Of a DNA stretch of 64,000 nt, positions 9,060 through 18,265 are shown piece by piece (positions within the stretch are counted from its first letter, which is position 1; each line of letters opens with the position of its first letter). The notes under the pieces are model-generated. The model worked only from the letters and a program-made list of their open reading frames with translations. It was not told the origin of the DNA and did not search any database. Source of the DNA: an uncultured delta proteobacterium (lineage in GTDB: Bacteria; Desulfobacterota; Binatia; UBA9968). The stretch spans positions 480,001 to 544,000 of the forward strand of contig CAVTUQ010000002.1 of the NCBI GenBank assembly GCA_963737905.1, in the 5' to 3' direction. The position numbers and the translations under genes were made by a program.

Positions 9060-9446
9060 TTAGCTCGTAACGCGAATCTTTGCGCGTGCTTTATGTCCTA
9101 CTGTACCGATCACCCATCCGTCCGAAAGTATAAGTTGACTGCCACCGTCCGGTGTGAACGATTGGGCGACGACTCGCGGACCGCGACCTTTCAGAGCATC
9201 GCAGATGCGCGTGTGCAATTCATCGAACCTGATGTCTGCGTATTCCCGACCCGTCAGAACCAGCAACGGATCTTGATATTCCTGTCCTGCGCGACTCGTG
9301 CCTTTCTTAGTTTCCTCGGTCACGAACAGCACAGTGCGCATAAATTCGCTCTGGCCGTCCGCATCAATCGCCACCGGCGGCGATAGAAAATCCGCGTAGG
9401 GGTCGCCGTCCTCGTAACCATCTCGCAGCCACTGGAGAGCGCCTAT
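9060..9446 (-). CDS. Hypothetical protein, 5' end unclear (possibly degraded)
   Basis: ORF 9060-9374 directly downstream of hicB; no motif recognised. Confidence 0.4.
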   Translation of the reverse strand: MGALQWLRDGYEDGDPYADFLSPPVAIDADGQSEFMRTVLFVTEETKKGTSRAGQEYQDPLLVLTGREYADIRFDELHTRICDALKGRGPRVVAQSFTPDGGSQLILSDGWVIGTVGHKARAKIRVTS

Positions 9447-9668
9447 TCACGCGACATCCTGCATTGGGCGCACCTTCGGCTGCGGTAACGGACGACCTTC
9501 GGATTCGAAGTGCCGTATAACGTCGTCGACGACCTCGCAAAGCTCGGCATACAACTTCAATGGGTCGTCACCGTGAATTCCCGTCATAAGATCTGGGCAT
9601 TTTCCAAGATAGGTATGGTCTTCGTCGCTCCACTCGATCCATTTATGATACTTATCGCTCGTCTTCAT
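9447..9668 (-). CDS. hicB: HicB-like antitoxin
   Basis: IEWSDEDHTYLGKCPDL..GIHGDD...GRPLPQP; overlaps the hicA stop. Confidence 0.82.
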   Translation of the reverse strand: MKTSDKYHKWIEWSDEDHTYLGKCPDLMTGIHGDDPLKLYAELCEVVDDVIRHFESEGRPLPQPKVRPMQDVA

Positions 9669-9868
9669 TTGAGCACCTCTTCGACTGCCCGTTTGACCTG
9701 TCGTTCTTGGTATGGCTTAGCATCTTCACCAGATTGACCGCTGAGGGTTACTGCGCCGCGATATCGCGCGTGTGTAAATTTTCGGTGTGAGCCTTTGCCG
9801 CCGCCTTGTATTTCGTAAAAACCAGCATCCATCAAATCTTTTACAAGCTCTCTGATTTTTCTCGGCAT
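9665..9868 (-). CDS. hicA: HicA family toxin
   Basis: KIRELVKDL..AGF....GKGSHRKFTH...AKPYQ. Confidence 0.88.
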   Translation of the reverse strand: MPRKIRELVKDLMDAGFYEIQGGGKGSHRKFTHARYRGAVTLSGQSGEDAKPYQERQVKRAVEEVLK

Positions 9869-10097
9869 GGTTGTAGCCTATTACAACCTGACCCGGCGAT
9901 CAGTGCAAGAGTCCGTGGAGTAGCCCGGCAGTGAAGTTCGGTGTCTACCATCCCCCACAGAGACGGACGGTGGGTTTCTCGTCAAGCAGAAAAGCAAATT
10001 GACATCTCTTCCGGTCCTGCGCTATGTCTGCGCTGACTGGCGCGGCCGCTGCCCGATGCAGCGGCGGCGCCCTCTTTTCGCGATGCAAGGAGAATCG

Positions 10098-10610
10098 ATG
10101 GATGCCGAACCCGCACGATTGATCATTGAAGCGCTGAAGGAGGAGAAGATCGACCTCTACGTCACGCTTCCGGAGGAACCCACGGTCTCACTCACGCAAG
10201 CGGTGCAAGCCGATCCCTACTTTCAATGCGTGACGGTCGCCTCCGAGGATGGCGGTGTGGCGCTCACCGCCGGCGCGGCGATCGCGGGGCGTCGCGCGGT
10301 GTTCGTCACCGGCATCGCGGGCTTGTTGAAAGGCGGACTCGCGTTGATGCACATGGGGCCGCAGTACGGTATTCCGGTGTTCATCCTCGCCTCGTACCGC
10401 GGCGACTTCGGCGATCGCTCGGGAATCTCGGGCTCGAAGCTCCAGGTATTCCGCCAAGTGGGCGAGCCCTTCCTACAAGCGTTGCGCATTCCGTATCAGA
10501 TCGTCGGAGAGCGGCGCACGCTCAAACGAACGATACGCGATGCGCACTTCATGTGCCGCACCTCGGACATGCCCGCGGCGCTGCTGCTGACCGGCGAGGT
10601 GCTCTGGTGA
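10098..10610 (+). CDS. TPP-dependent decarboxylase alpha subunit (sulfopyruvate/phosphonopyruvate decarboxylase ComD-like)
   Basis: SEDGGVALTAGA, IPVFILASYRGD motifs; AGGAG RBS. Confidence 0.75.
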   Translation: MDAEPARLIIEALKEEKIDLYVTLPEEPTVSLTQAVQADPYFQCVTVASEDGGVALTAGAAIAGRRAVFVTGIAGLLKGGLALMHMGPQYGIPVFILASYRGDFGDRSGISGSKLQVFRQVGEPFLQALRIPYQIVGERRTLKRTIRDAHFMCRTSDMPAALLLTGEVLW

Positions 10611-11194
10611 AACACTCGGCTTGCATGAAATTGCTCGCCGATCTCATCGACGGCGAGACCCTCACGATCACCAATTTGACCACGAACGCGCGCATGTGGT
10701 CGGCATTGCGCGGCGAGCGGCCGAGTTTCTACGGCCTCAACATGGGGCTGTGCCTGCCTTTTGCCGTCGGTGTCGCGCTCGGGTTTCCCAAACGCCGCGT
10801 GGTCGCGATCGACGGCGATGGCAGTCTCATCATAGAGACCAGCAGCCTCATCACCGCAGCCGACGTTCGCCCGGCGAATTTAACCGCCGTGGTGTTTGAC
10901 AACGGCGTCTACGCCGGCATGGGCGAAACGGCAACGGCGCGACGCACGGATCTCGCCAAGATGGCCGAAGGCGCCGGCATCGCGCACACCGCCACGCTGC
11001 GCACCATGGAGGAGTATGAAAAGGCCTTGCGCGCGGCGCTTGCAGCGAAGGAATTTCGCTTCCTCGTCGCCAAGGTTGAGCGCGACGATACCCTGCCCTT
11101 CACCGGCAACTACATCAAGCGTTCCGAGCGCGGAATGAAAGAGTCCTTCGTCGACGCGTTGAAGCGCCTGCCCGACTATCCGGGCGAACGCTAG
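10607..11194 (+). CDS. TPP-dependent decarboxylase beta subunit (ComE-like)
   Basis: TPP-binding motif DGDGS...FDNG; GTGA overlap with the alpha subunit. Confidence 0.78.
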   Translation: MKHSACMKLLADLIDGETLTITNLTTNARMWSALRGERPSFYGLNMGLCLPFAVGVALGFPKRRVVAIDGDGSLIIETSSLITAADVRPANLTAVVFDNGVYAGMGETATARRTDLAKMAEGAGIAHTATLRTMEEYEKALRAALAAKEFRFLVAKVERDDTLPFTGNYIKRSERGMKESFVDALKRLPDYPGER

Positions 11195-11256
11195 GCTCTA
11201 CAACTCAGGAAGGTCACGCATGGAACTGCCGGTCGATCATCTCAACCACGTCATGG

Positions 11257-11425
11257 CCTTCGTATAGTCGTATAAAGAAATCTTATAGGGAGAAAACAAT
11301 GGCGGAAATGGACCTGCCCGACATCGATCTTGAGGGCCGCGTCTTCATCATGACCGGCGCCGACCGCGGCCTTGGTCGCGCAATGAGCCTCGGCCTCGCA
11401 AAAAAGGCGCGCGCCTGGCTGGCCC
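11257..11425 (+). pseudogene. Degenerate copy of the upstream region and 5' end of the SDR gene at 12866
   Basis: CTTCGTATAGTCGTAT...ATGGCGGAAATGGAC...GGCGCCGACCGCGGCCTTGG nearly identical to 12825-12995, then breaks off. Confidence 0.85.
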
Positions 11426-11604
11426 GCACGGGCAGGTCGGCAGGGAAAGAGGGGACATTTTCTGATCGGGCCTGAGCTCTGCTTTCAATGAGCGTCAAAC
11501 CGTCCGAGGTGCAACACCATCCACCAGCTCGTAAATGGTGTTTTGCACGCAGGCTTCCAGCTCGCTATTGAATTATCAGATCATTCCTAGGACAATACGC
11601 GGTA

Positions 11605-11820
11605 ATGCAGCCGGAGGATCCGAACATTGATTGGACGGGGGTACAATCCGACCGATCCCCGATCGGGCCTTTGGACAGCGATTCGTTTGTTCTCCGTTTG
11701 CGTCTTCTCAGCGAACGCGCTCACAGTTTGACGATCTTGCGCAACGCGTTTGCGCAACAACAGTTTCATGGCGAGCAACTTTCTCGAAGTTCTAAGCCAG
11801 TTTCACGACCGTCACGTTGA
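11605..11820 (+). CDS. Small hypothetical protein, probable partner of the nucleotidyltransferase
   Basis: Overlaps the downstream NTase gene in a TA-like arrangement. Confidence 0.45.
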   Translation: MQPEDPNIDWTGVQSDRSPIGPLDSDSFVLRLRLLSERAHSLTILRNAFAQQQFHGEQLSRSSKPVSRPSR

Positions 11821-12262
11821 CTTTGTAATTGTCGGCGGTGTCGCTGCGGCCCTCCACGGGGGCTCACGGGTCACGTTTGACCTCGACGTTGTGCCCAGTC
11901 TGGCGCCGGATTCCTGGATGGCTGCGGTGGATATGTTGTGGGCGCTGGGCGCTCGTCCGCGTATACCCGAATCGCTGGAACGGATCCGCGATGTGGAAAA
12001 CGTCCGACGTTGGCAGCGCGAAAAGGGTATGCTGGCGCTGAACTTTCGTACGCCGGATGGTAGTACCGAAGTGGACTTGTTGGTCAGTGAAAGCCACCAA
12101 TTTGACGGGCTTCGCCGACGCGCCGTCAAGATCACGATAGATCATCGGACGTTTTTTGTCGCCTCTATTGATGACCTAATCGTCATGAAGCAACAGGCCG
12201 GCCGACCGCAGGACCTGTTGGATATAGCTCAGTTGCAAGATATCAAGAGTCGGCTTGGCTAG
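11768..12262 (+). CDS. Nucleotidyltransferase (DUF6036/AbiEii-like)
   Basis: FVIVGGVAAALHG..RVTFDLD...DLIVMKQQAGRPQDLLD. Confidence 0.82.
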   Translation: MASNFLEVLSQFHDRHVDFVIVGGVAAALHGGSRVTFDLDVVPSLAPDSWMAAVDMLWALGARPRIPESLERIRDVENVRRWQREKGMLALNFRTPDGSTEVDLLVSESHQFDGLRRRAVKITIDHRTFFVASIDDLIVMKQQAGRPQDLLDIAQLQDIKSRLG

Positions 12263-12368
12263 GACCGTGCCTCATCATTATCGACTTTCCAGTAGGACAA
12301 CCTCAAATTCCACCGACGAGCAAACGTGAATTTGTATGCCCTGGCTGCGGAGTGGACTAATCCAGGGC

Positions 12369-12812
12369 GTCTATTGGGGTCGTCTTTTAAACCCAAATTC
12401 CGCAGTTGGGACCGACAGAAGCGCGAGTCACAATCTTTCCGCAGCGCAGTCGACAGGTTCCTGCTTCTCCGCATTCATCGACGCGCACTACGTTGAGAAA
12501 ATGCTTGAGCTTTGTCGCGACGGCGTGCGGGAGCGCAAAATCATTTTGAAATTCCCCAGTCGGACGCCTTCGCTGCTCCAAGATTGCGCCTCGCTTTCCG
12601 GCGCGTTTGGGTTTAACTGCGGAATCCGGGTTAAATTTTGACTAACTTTGCCGGTTGCCGGGACCCGTCCTGTGGCCACCCTACACCTTGGCGAGCAAAC
12701 TGCTGCTGTGGCGATCACCGCGTCGAAGTTGTCGAGCGGCGTGTTCACGTCCATGGCGCACACGCGATAGATGTCGCTGTTCGACGTGGGGAACGGCTCG
12801 ATGCGTTGCTGC
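12369..12812. repeat. Copy 1 of a diverged duplicated segment (copy 2 at ~13786-14000) carrying a minus-strand gene 3' remnant
   Basis: Shared GTCTA.TGGGGTCGT(T)CTTTTAAA, CCCTACACCTTGGCG and CGTCGAAGTTGTCGA.CGGCGTGTTCACGTCCATGG; minus strand reads ...MDVNTP(L/V)DNFDAVIA...AKV*. Confidence 0.75.
12392..12630. mobile_element. 239-bp non-autonomous MITE
   Basis: TIR CCCAAATTCCGCAGTT / AACTGCGGAATCCGGG (14/16); TSD TTAAA at 12387-12391 and 12631-12635; empty site visible in the paralogous sequence at ~13786-13832. Confidence 0.8.
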
Positions 12813-12865
12813 ACGGGCTGGCGGCTTCGTATAGTCGTATCAAGAAATCTTATAGGGGGATAACA

Positions 12866-13702
12866 ATGGCGGAAATGGACTTGCCCGACATCGATCTTGA
12901 GGGCCGCGTCGTCATCATGACCGGCGCCGACCGCGGCCTTGGCCGCGCAATGAGCCTCGGCCTGGCAGAAAAGGGCGCGCGCCTGGTGCTGGCCTCGCCG
13001 GTCTTGGACGGTCTCAACGCGGTGGCGGAGGAGATCGTCGCCATCGCCGGGCCTGGCCGGGCGCTCGCCGTCGAGACCGATATCACCGATTTGGAATCCT
13101 GCGCAAACTGTCTGAGGGCCGCCGTCGATGCCTTCGGAGTGCTCCATGTGCTGGTCAACAACGCCCGCCGCCTGCGCCGCGACCCCGGTAAGCCGGAGGC
13201 TGCCGGGCATCTCCCCTTTTGGGCCGTCGATCCGGTTCTGTACCGCGAGACGGTGGAGGTCAACGTCGCCGGCACCTTTTTCATGTCGCGCACCGTCACG
13301 CCCTACTTCATCGAGATGGGTTACGGCAAGATCATCAACCTCACCACCTCGCTGCGAAATTTCTACTCGGTGGGCCAGAGCCCCTACGGCGTCACCAAGG
13401 CGGCCATCGATTCGTCCACCTATATTTGGGCGCGCGACCTCGAAGGCAAAGGCGTCACGGTCAATGCGCTGCTGCCCGGCGGCGCCTGCGACAACGGCGA
13501 TGTCAATCGCCCGCCGGAACCCGGGCGCACGCTGCTCCCCGCCGATATCATGAACCCGCTTCTCGTGTGGATGTGCTCGGCCCGCTCGGACGGCGCGACC
13601 GGCACTCGTTTCGCCGGCGCGCTGTGGGACAATTCTCTCGACCCGGACCAAGCCGCCGCCGGCTGCCTGGAGGACGCCTCGATCCGCGGCGCCGGCGCGT
13701 GA
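12866..13702 (+). CDS. SDR family NAD(P)-dependent oxidoreductase
   Basis: TGADRGLG, LVNNA, YGVTK (YxxxK), VNALLPG. Confidence 0.92.
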   Translation: MAEMDLPDIDLEGRVVIMTGADRGLGRAMSLGLAEKGARLVLASPVLDGLNAVAEEIVAIAGPGRALAVETDITDLESCANCLRAAVDAFGVLHVLVNNARRLRRDPGKPEAAGHLPFWAVDPVLYRETVEVNVAGTFFMSRTVTPYFIEMGYGKIINLTTSLRNFYSVGQSPYGVTKAAIDSSTYIWARDLEGKGVTVNALLPGGACDNGDVNRPPEPGRTLLPADIMNPLLVWMCSARSDGATGTRFAGALWDNSLDPDQAAAGCLEDASIRGAGA

Positions 13703-13785
13703 GCGCCTAGCTGGCGCCGGTCCGCTGGTCAGTGGAAGCTCTGGGGTCAGAGCTGAGTATCGATTTATTTAGTCAACGGGTGCGA

Positions 13786-14000
13786 GTCTACTGGGGTCGT
13801 TCTTTTAAATCTTGATAACTATCCCGGTTGCCGCGCCCCGACTGGCTGCCCACCCTGCGCTAACCCTACACCTTGGCGGGCAAGCTATTCCGTGGCCGGC
13901 GATCACGGCGTCGAAGTTGTCGACCGGCGTGTTCACGTCCATGGTGCGCATGCGATACACGTCACCGTCGGACACGGGGAATGGCTCAATCCTCTACTGG
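13786..14000. repeat. Copy 2 of the duplicated segment (MITE-free)
   Basis: Collinear with 12369-12812 once the MITE is removed. Confidence 0.75.
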
Positions 14001-14171
14001 AGTTCGCGGGCCAGATTCACCAGCCGGCGGCGAGGCGTTGAGCTACGTGGGCCGACTGAAACGCTCCGAGATGCGCCCGGCCATGGCGCGCTAGCGCGGT
14101 TACGGGTTTCGAGCTTCCGATAAGAATTCTCGGGACTAAAACTCCAAACCCGAAACTCGGGACTCTTCAGA

Positions 14172-15227
14172 TTAATCCATATCGACCTTCACGCCGTTCT
14201 TGGCGCATTCCTCGGCGTACATCCTCTTCATCGACTCGTCGACCTCCTCGAACTCGATCTGCTCGACGCCCTTCTCTTCTCTTTGCACGGCAGTGTTGGC
14301 GTGCAGCGCAACGAACTTACAAGGCTGATTGCCGGTATTATAGTGTTGATGCCAGGTGTCCGCCGGCGGCGAGATGCAGGTTCCCTCGTGCCAGTCGTAC
14401 CGTTCCGGTTTTTCCCCTTCGTTCCACATCAGGGTATATCCGGTGGAGTCGAGCAGAAAAACATGGGCGCCGGGACCGTGGCGGTGCGCCTTTTTGTAGC
14501 GGCCTACGGGAAATTGTGAGACATGGGCGAGCATGGCGCTGCCGGACATGTGGATATACATGTTGCGGGTTCCCTTGCCCCGCTTCTCCCGCGGCACGAG
14601 GTTGATCTTCCGGATATCAGGGATGAAGTTCGAGTGCAGAATACCGCCGTAATATTCCGTAAAATATTTTCCCTCTTTAGAGAAAAATTCCGTGTCGCCG
14701 GGATCGAAGCGGTCTTTGAACATATAATTCGTGTTGTAAATGAACTCCGGATCGCGGAAAAGCTCAAATGAAACCGGCTGGCTGGTCAGAGCGAAATAGC
14801 GGCAAGGCTCCGTACCGCTGGCGTTGAAGTGCTGGTGCCACGCATTGAGCGGGATCGCAAACGTTGAACCTCTTTCCCATTCAAAGGTCCGCTTCGGCGT
14901 TCCCTCATACCAGATAGTCGTCGCGCCGCGTCCGGCCGCCACGGTGATGATCTCTTCGTACAGCTGGCGTTGCGGCTTAGTGCTCTTGCCCGGATCGATC
15001 TCGGCGATATAAGCGTCAGCCACCATCTGATCGGAAAACGTGCAAATGGCTCCTTTGCATTCCTTGCGCTTCCAATATTCGAGCTTCTCCGTGCGGACAT
15101 CTCGCACGAAAGCGCCGCCGATGACTGGTACGCCTTCGGACTCGATCCATTTCCTGTAAGGACTGTATTTGTCCATCATGAACTGAACGTAGGGATGAAC
15201 CTCAAATTCCTTTACCGGTCCTGCCAT
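14172..15227 (-). CDS. Bicupin protein (gentisate-dioxygenase-like cupin family)
   Basis: Two cupin repeats: FAIPLNAWHQHFN and KAHRHGPGAH...SPPADTWHQHYN; GGAGG RBS. Confidence 0.85.
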   Translation of the reverse strand: MAGPVKEFEVHPYVQFMMDKYSPYRKWIESEGVPVIGGAFVRDVRTEKLEYWKRKECKGAICTFSDQMVADAYIAEIDPGKSTKPQRQLYEEIITVAAGRGATTIWYEGTPKRTFEWERGSTFAIPLNAWHQHFNASGTEPCRYFALTSQPVSFELFRDPEFIYNTNYMFKDRFDPGDTEFFSKEGKYFTEYYGGILHSNFIPDIRKINLVPREKRGKGTRNMYIHMSGSAMLAHVSQFPVGRYKKAHRHGPGAHVFLLDSTGYTLMWNEGEKPERYDWHEGTCISPPADTWHQHYNTGNQPCKFVALHANTAVQREEKGVEQIEFEEVDESMKRMYAEECAKNGVKVDMD

Positions 15228-15293
15228 GTGACCTCCGTTTGCACGTCGATGCTACTGGCAAATTATCGCGGGTGAAAAAACCTGTCAACTGTC

Positions 15294-15336
15294 TTGACAA
15301 GAAAGTTTCCCTGCGATAGGTGAAACAAAAGTTTCA
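15294..15336 (+). promoter_or_regulatory. Putative -35 (TTGACA 15294) and palindromic operator TGAAACAAAAGTTTCA (15321-15336), probable RpiR site
   Basis: Perfect 6-bp-arm palindrome overlapping the regulator ATG in the divergent cupin/rpiR gap. Confidence 0.55.
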
Positions 15337-16178
15337 TGCCCGCCATTCGACAGATTTTGACCAAGGTGAACTCGCTCAACGGAGCGCAAAAGAGGCTTGG
15401 CCACTATCTACAAAACGACAGCTCCGCGCTTCTGCTCTCCAACGTGAGCGACCTCGCCCAAGCCGTAGGAGTCAGTAACGCGACCGTGGTGCGCTTCGCC
15501 AAGAGCTTGGGCTACAAAGGTTTCCCGGAGTTCAGGAGAGAGATTCAGCAGGAGATGCGCCGCAAACTGCGCGCCGCGGACCGAATGGAAGAGACCTTCG
15601 CCGAGCTAGATAACGGCGAAAACATATTCGCCAAGCTGATAAAACGAGACATCCAACTCCTCGAAGAAACGCTCCAAGCGGCTTCGTTTCCGGATTTCCA
15701 GAAGGCCGTGGAAATCATCTGGCGCGCCCGAAAAGTGTTTCTTATAGGTCTCAACGCTTCCATGGCGCTTGCCTATCTTCTCCATTTTCGGCTCGTGCGC
15801 GTCAAAAAGGAAACCCACTGGATCTTTCTCACCGGCGGGACTTCACTCCTGGAGCAGCTCGCCTTTATGGACGGGGCGGACGTGCTGATCGCTATCGACT
15901 TCCTGCAAGTGCCGAGGGAAGTTCAGACTGCGTTGCAACACGCGAAGAAATTGGGCGCGTCGATTTTAGGTATTACGGACTTTCCCACTTCGCCGATCGC
16001 TCGGGCTGCAGACGTTTGCCTCTACGCCAAACGCGGGCTCCATACCACGGTCAATTCGCTGACCCCGGCCTTTTCGCTGGTCAATGCATTGGCGATTGCC
16101 GTCAGTTGGGCGAAGAAGGCCGACTCGATCAAAGCATTAACCGATCTCGACAAACTATTGGAGGGACAGGGGCCATAA
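15336..16178 (+). CDS. MurR/RpiR family transcriptional regulator (HTH + SIS)
   Basis: LAQAVGVSNATVVRFAKSLGYKGFPEF; ITDFPTSPIARAAD. Confidence 0.93.
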   Translation: MPAIRQILTKVNSLNGAQKRLGHYLQNDSSALLLSNVSDLAQAVGVSNATVVRFAKSLGYKGFPEFRREIQQEMRRKLRAADRMEETFAELDNGENIFAKLIKRDIQLLEETLQAASFPDFQKAVEIIWRARKVFLIGLNASMALAYLLHFRLVRVKKETHWIFLTGGTSLLEQLAFMDGADVLIAIDFLQVPREVQTALQHAKKLGASILGITDFPTSPIARAADVCLYAKRGLHTTVNSLTPAFSLVNALAIAVSWAKKADSIKALTDLDKLLEGQGP

Positions 16179-16214
16179 TAATCGTAGGTCATTTCCCCGA
16201 AAGGAGTTTTACCC

Positions 16215-17210
16215 ATGGCGACAAAGCTTAAATTTGGATTACTGCTACCCCACTTTTGTGAGCATGCCTCGGCCGAAAGATGTATCGAGGGATCGAAAAA
16301 GGCGGAGGCCTATGGTTTTGACTCGGTGTGGGTCAGAGACCACCTGGTCTTTGAACCGCATGGGATGGAGGGCGAAGATAATACCCACATCGAAGGGCTA
16401 TTGATACTTGCAGCAGTCGCAGCGGTCTGTAAGAAACTAATTCTTGGCACCGGGACGGTGATCGCGCATCGCCACCCGATTCATTTGGCACAAGCGATGG
16501 CCGGGCTAAGCACGATGTGCGACAACCTCATCATGGGTCTCGGACTCGGTACTTTTCCCCATGAATTCGAGGCGGCGGGATATAAAAGGGTAACTTTGCA
16601 GGATCGGGCCAACATAGCGAAGATCAATGCCGAGCTCTGCCGCCGGTTTTGGGCTGGTGAAAAGATTACCTACAAGGACGATTATTACGATTTCAAGGAC
16701 GTGGAGTTAAAGCCGACACCGAAGAACAAAATTCCGATCTGGTACGGCGGCGGCACACCCGCCTCCGTACGGCGGGCAGCGGATTACTGCGACGGCTGGA
16801 TGCCGGGGCGTATTCCCACGGCTACTTTCAACAAGATGGTCAAGTACCTCGAAGAGCAATGCAAGCTAGCGGGACGACCCATGGTCACCACCGGCGCGAT
16901 CCCCATTACCAGTATCGATAAGAACAGAGACGTCGCGCTCAGCAAAGTTAACGTCAAGGGTCTGATCAACGAAGGGAATGCGCCCGCCAAGAAAACTTGG
17001 GTGAGACCGAAATCCGGCACCTTCTCCACGGTCGAGGATATCGAAGGGCTGCTGATGGCGGGAACTCCGGCGGATATCGCTCGCGATACCAAACGATACG
17101 AAGAAGCCGGTCTCAATCATATCGTTTTCGACCTCCGCTTCCGGTACGCCGATTGGTATCAGCAAGTCGACTTGTTGGGTCAAGAAGTTCTGCCGGCGGT
17201 CAGGGCGTAA
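16215..17210 (+). CDS. LLM-class flavin-dependent oxidoreductase
   Basis: AEAYGFDSVWVRDH, IPIWYGG, DGWMP. Confidence 0.9.
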   Translation: MATKLKFGLLLPHFCEHASAERCIEGSKKAEAYGFDSVWVRDHLVFEPHGMEGEDNTHIEGLLILAAVAAVCKKLILGTGTVIAHRHPIHLAQAMAGLSTMCDNLIMGLGLGTFPHEFEAAGYKRVTLQDRANIAKINAELCRRFWAGEKITYKDDYYDFKDVELKPTPKNKIPIWYGGGTPASVRRAADYCDGWMPGRIPTATFNKMVKYLEEQCKLAGRPMVTTGAIPITSIDKNRDVALSKVNVKGLINEGNAPAKKTWVRPKSGTFSTVEDIEGLLMAGTPADIARDTKRYEEAGLNHIVFDLRFRYADWYQQVDLLGQEVLPAVRA

Positions 17211-17216
17211 AAGATA

Positions 17217-17321
17217 GTTCAAACCGTTCAAGACGTTCAAACAGTTCAAATCGTCCGATCCGATTCTTCAATACTTTTTGAACGGCTTGAACGATTTGAA
17301 CGGAGCGAAGCGATTGAACAG
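17217..17321. repeat. Intergenic hairpin of 9-bp-period GTTCAA / TTGAAC repeats
   Basis: GTTCAA at 17217, 17226, 17235, 17244; TTGAAC at 17278, 17287, 17296, 17314. Confidence 0.85.
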
Positions 17322-17335
17322 TCTTAGGAGTTGTT

Positions 17336-18256
17336 ATGCGGACTGAGAAAGTAAACTTCTACAGCGAAAATATTAAGCTCGCCGGCGTGCTCTACTTGCC
17401 GCACTCCGATCAGGGCAAACCTTATCCCGGAATCGTTCAGGGACCCGGCTTTCTCGGACTAAAGGACGCTAAACATTACATCATGATGTTCGAGAAGCTC
17501 TGTGCAGCCGGCTATGCCTGCCTTTGTTTCGATTATCGCGGTTGGGGCGATAGCGAGGGGCAGGAACGCGGCTGGGTCATGCCCAAGTGGCAGGCGGAAG
17601 ACATCCGCAACGCCATCACGTTCATGCAGACCCGCCCGGAGATCGATGCCGACCGCATCGCCACCTATGGCTCGGGCGGCACCGGCGGCGGCAATGCCGT
17701 CTACGTTGCTGCCACTGATTCTCGCGTTAAGTGCTGTGTTAGCTATCTCGGCGTCAGCAGCGGCCGCGATTGGCTGCATTCGATGCGCCGTGAGTATGAA
17801 TGGGTCGACTATTTGAAGAGCATCGAGGAAGACCGAAAGAAACGGGTTCTCACCGGCTCCGGCGCCATTGTCAGCGCACGCGAGGGTGGCATCATGGTGC
17901 AAACCCCGGAGCGCCAGACGACGACGATAAAAAAAGATGTTGCGGATAAAATCCCCGATGCCATGCCTCTGGCATGTGCCGAGGCGATTTTGGAATACAG
18001 CCCCATCGATGTCGTCCATAAGATTTCTCCGCGTGGCGCGTTGTTCATCGCCGTGGAAGGCGATGCGGTCACACCGGAACAGCAATCGTTTGATTTATAT
18101 GAAAAGGCGGGAGAACCCAAAAAATTAATTCTTTACAAAAAAACCACTCACTACGGTATTTATAATGATTACTTTGACGATGTCGCGGCCAATGTCATCG
18201 ACTGGTACAACCGCCATCTCAAGTACCACAAGGTCGAAATCACCGAAAAGAAATAG
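17336..18256 (+). CDS. Alpha/beta hydrolase fold protein
   Basis: FDYRGWGDSEG, atypical nucleophile elbow GSGGTGGG, D...H at the C-terminus. Confidence 0.85.
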   Translation: MRTEKVNFYSENIKLAGVLYLPHSDQGKPYPGIVQGPGFLGLKDAKHYIMMFEKLCAAGYACLCFDYRGWGDSEGQERGWVMPKWQAEDIRNAITFMQTRPEIDADRIATYGSGGTGGGNAVYVAATDSRVKCCVSYLGVSSGRDWLHSMRREYEWVDYLKSIEEDRKKRVLTGSGAIVSAREGGIMVQTPERQTTTIKKDVADKIPDAMPLACAEAILEYSPIDVVHKISPRGALFIAVEGDAVTPEQQSFDLYEKAGEPKKLILYKKTTHYGIYNDYFDDVAANVIDWYNRHLKYHKVEITEKK

Positions 18257-18265
18257 GAGCTTCTC

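Noticed and set aside
12488-13651. 387-aa antisense ORF over the SDR
   Set aside because: Long antisense ORFs are common on GC-rich SDR genes; only its end overlaps the gene remnant described separately.
17217-17321. Possible CRISPR array (also 39791-39972)
   Set aside because: Units are 6-9 bp with no 25-45-bp unique spacers, and no cas genes are present.
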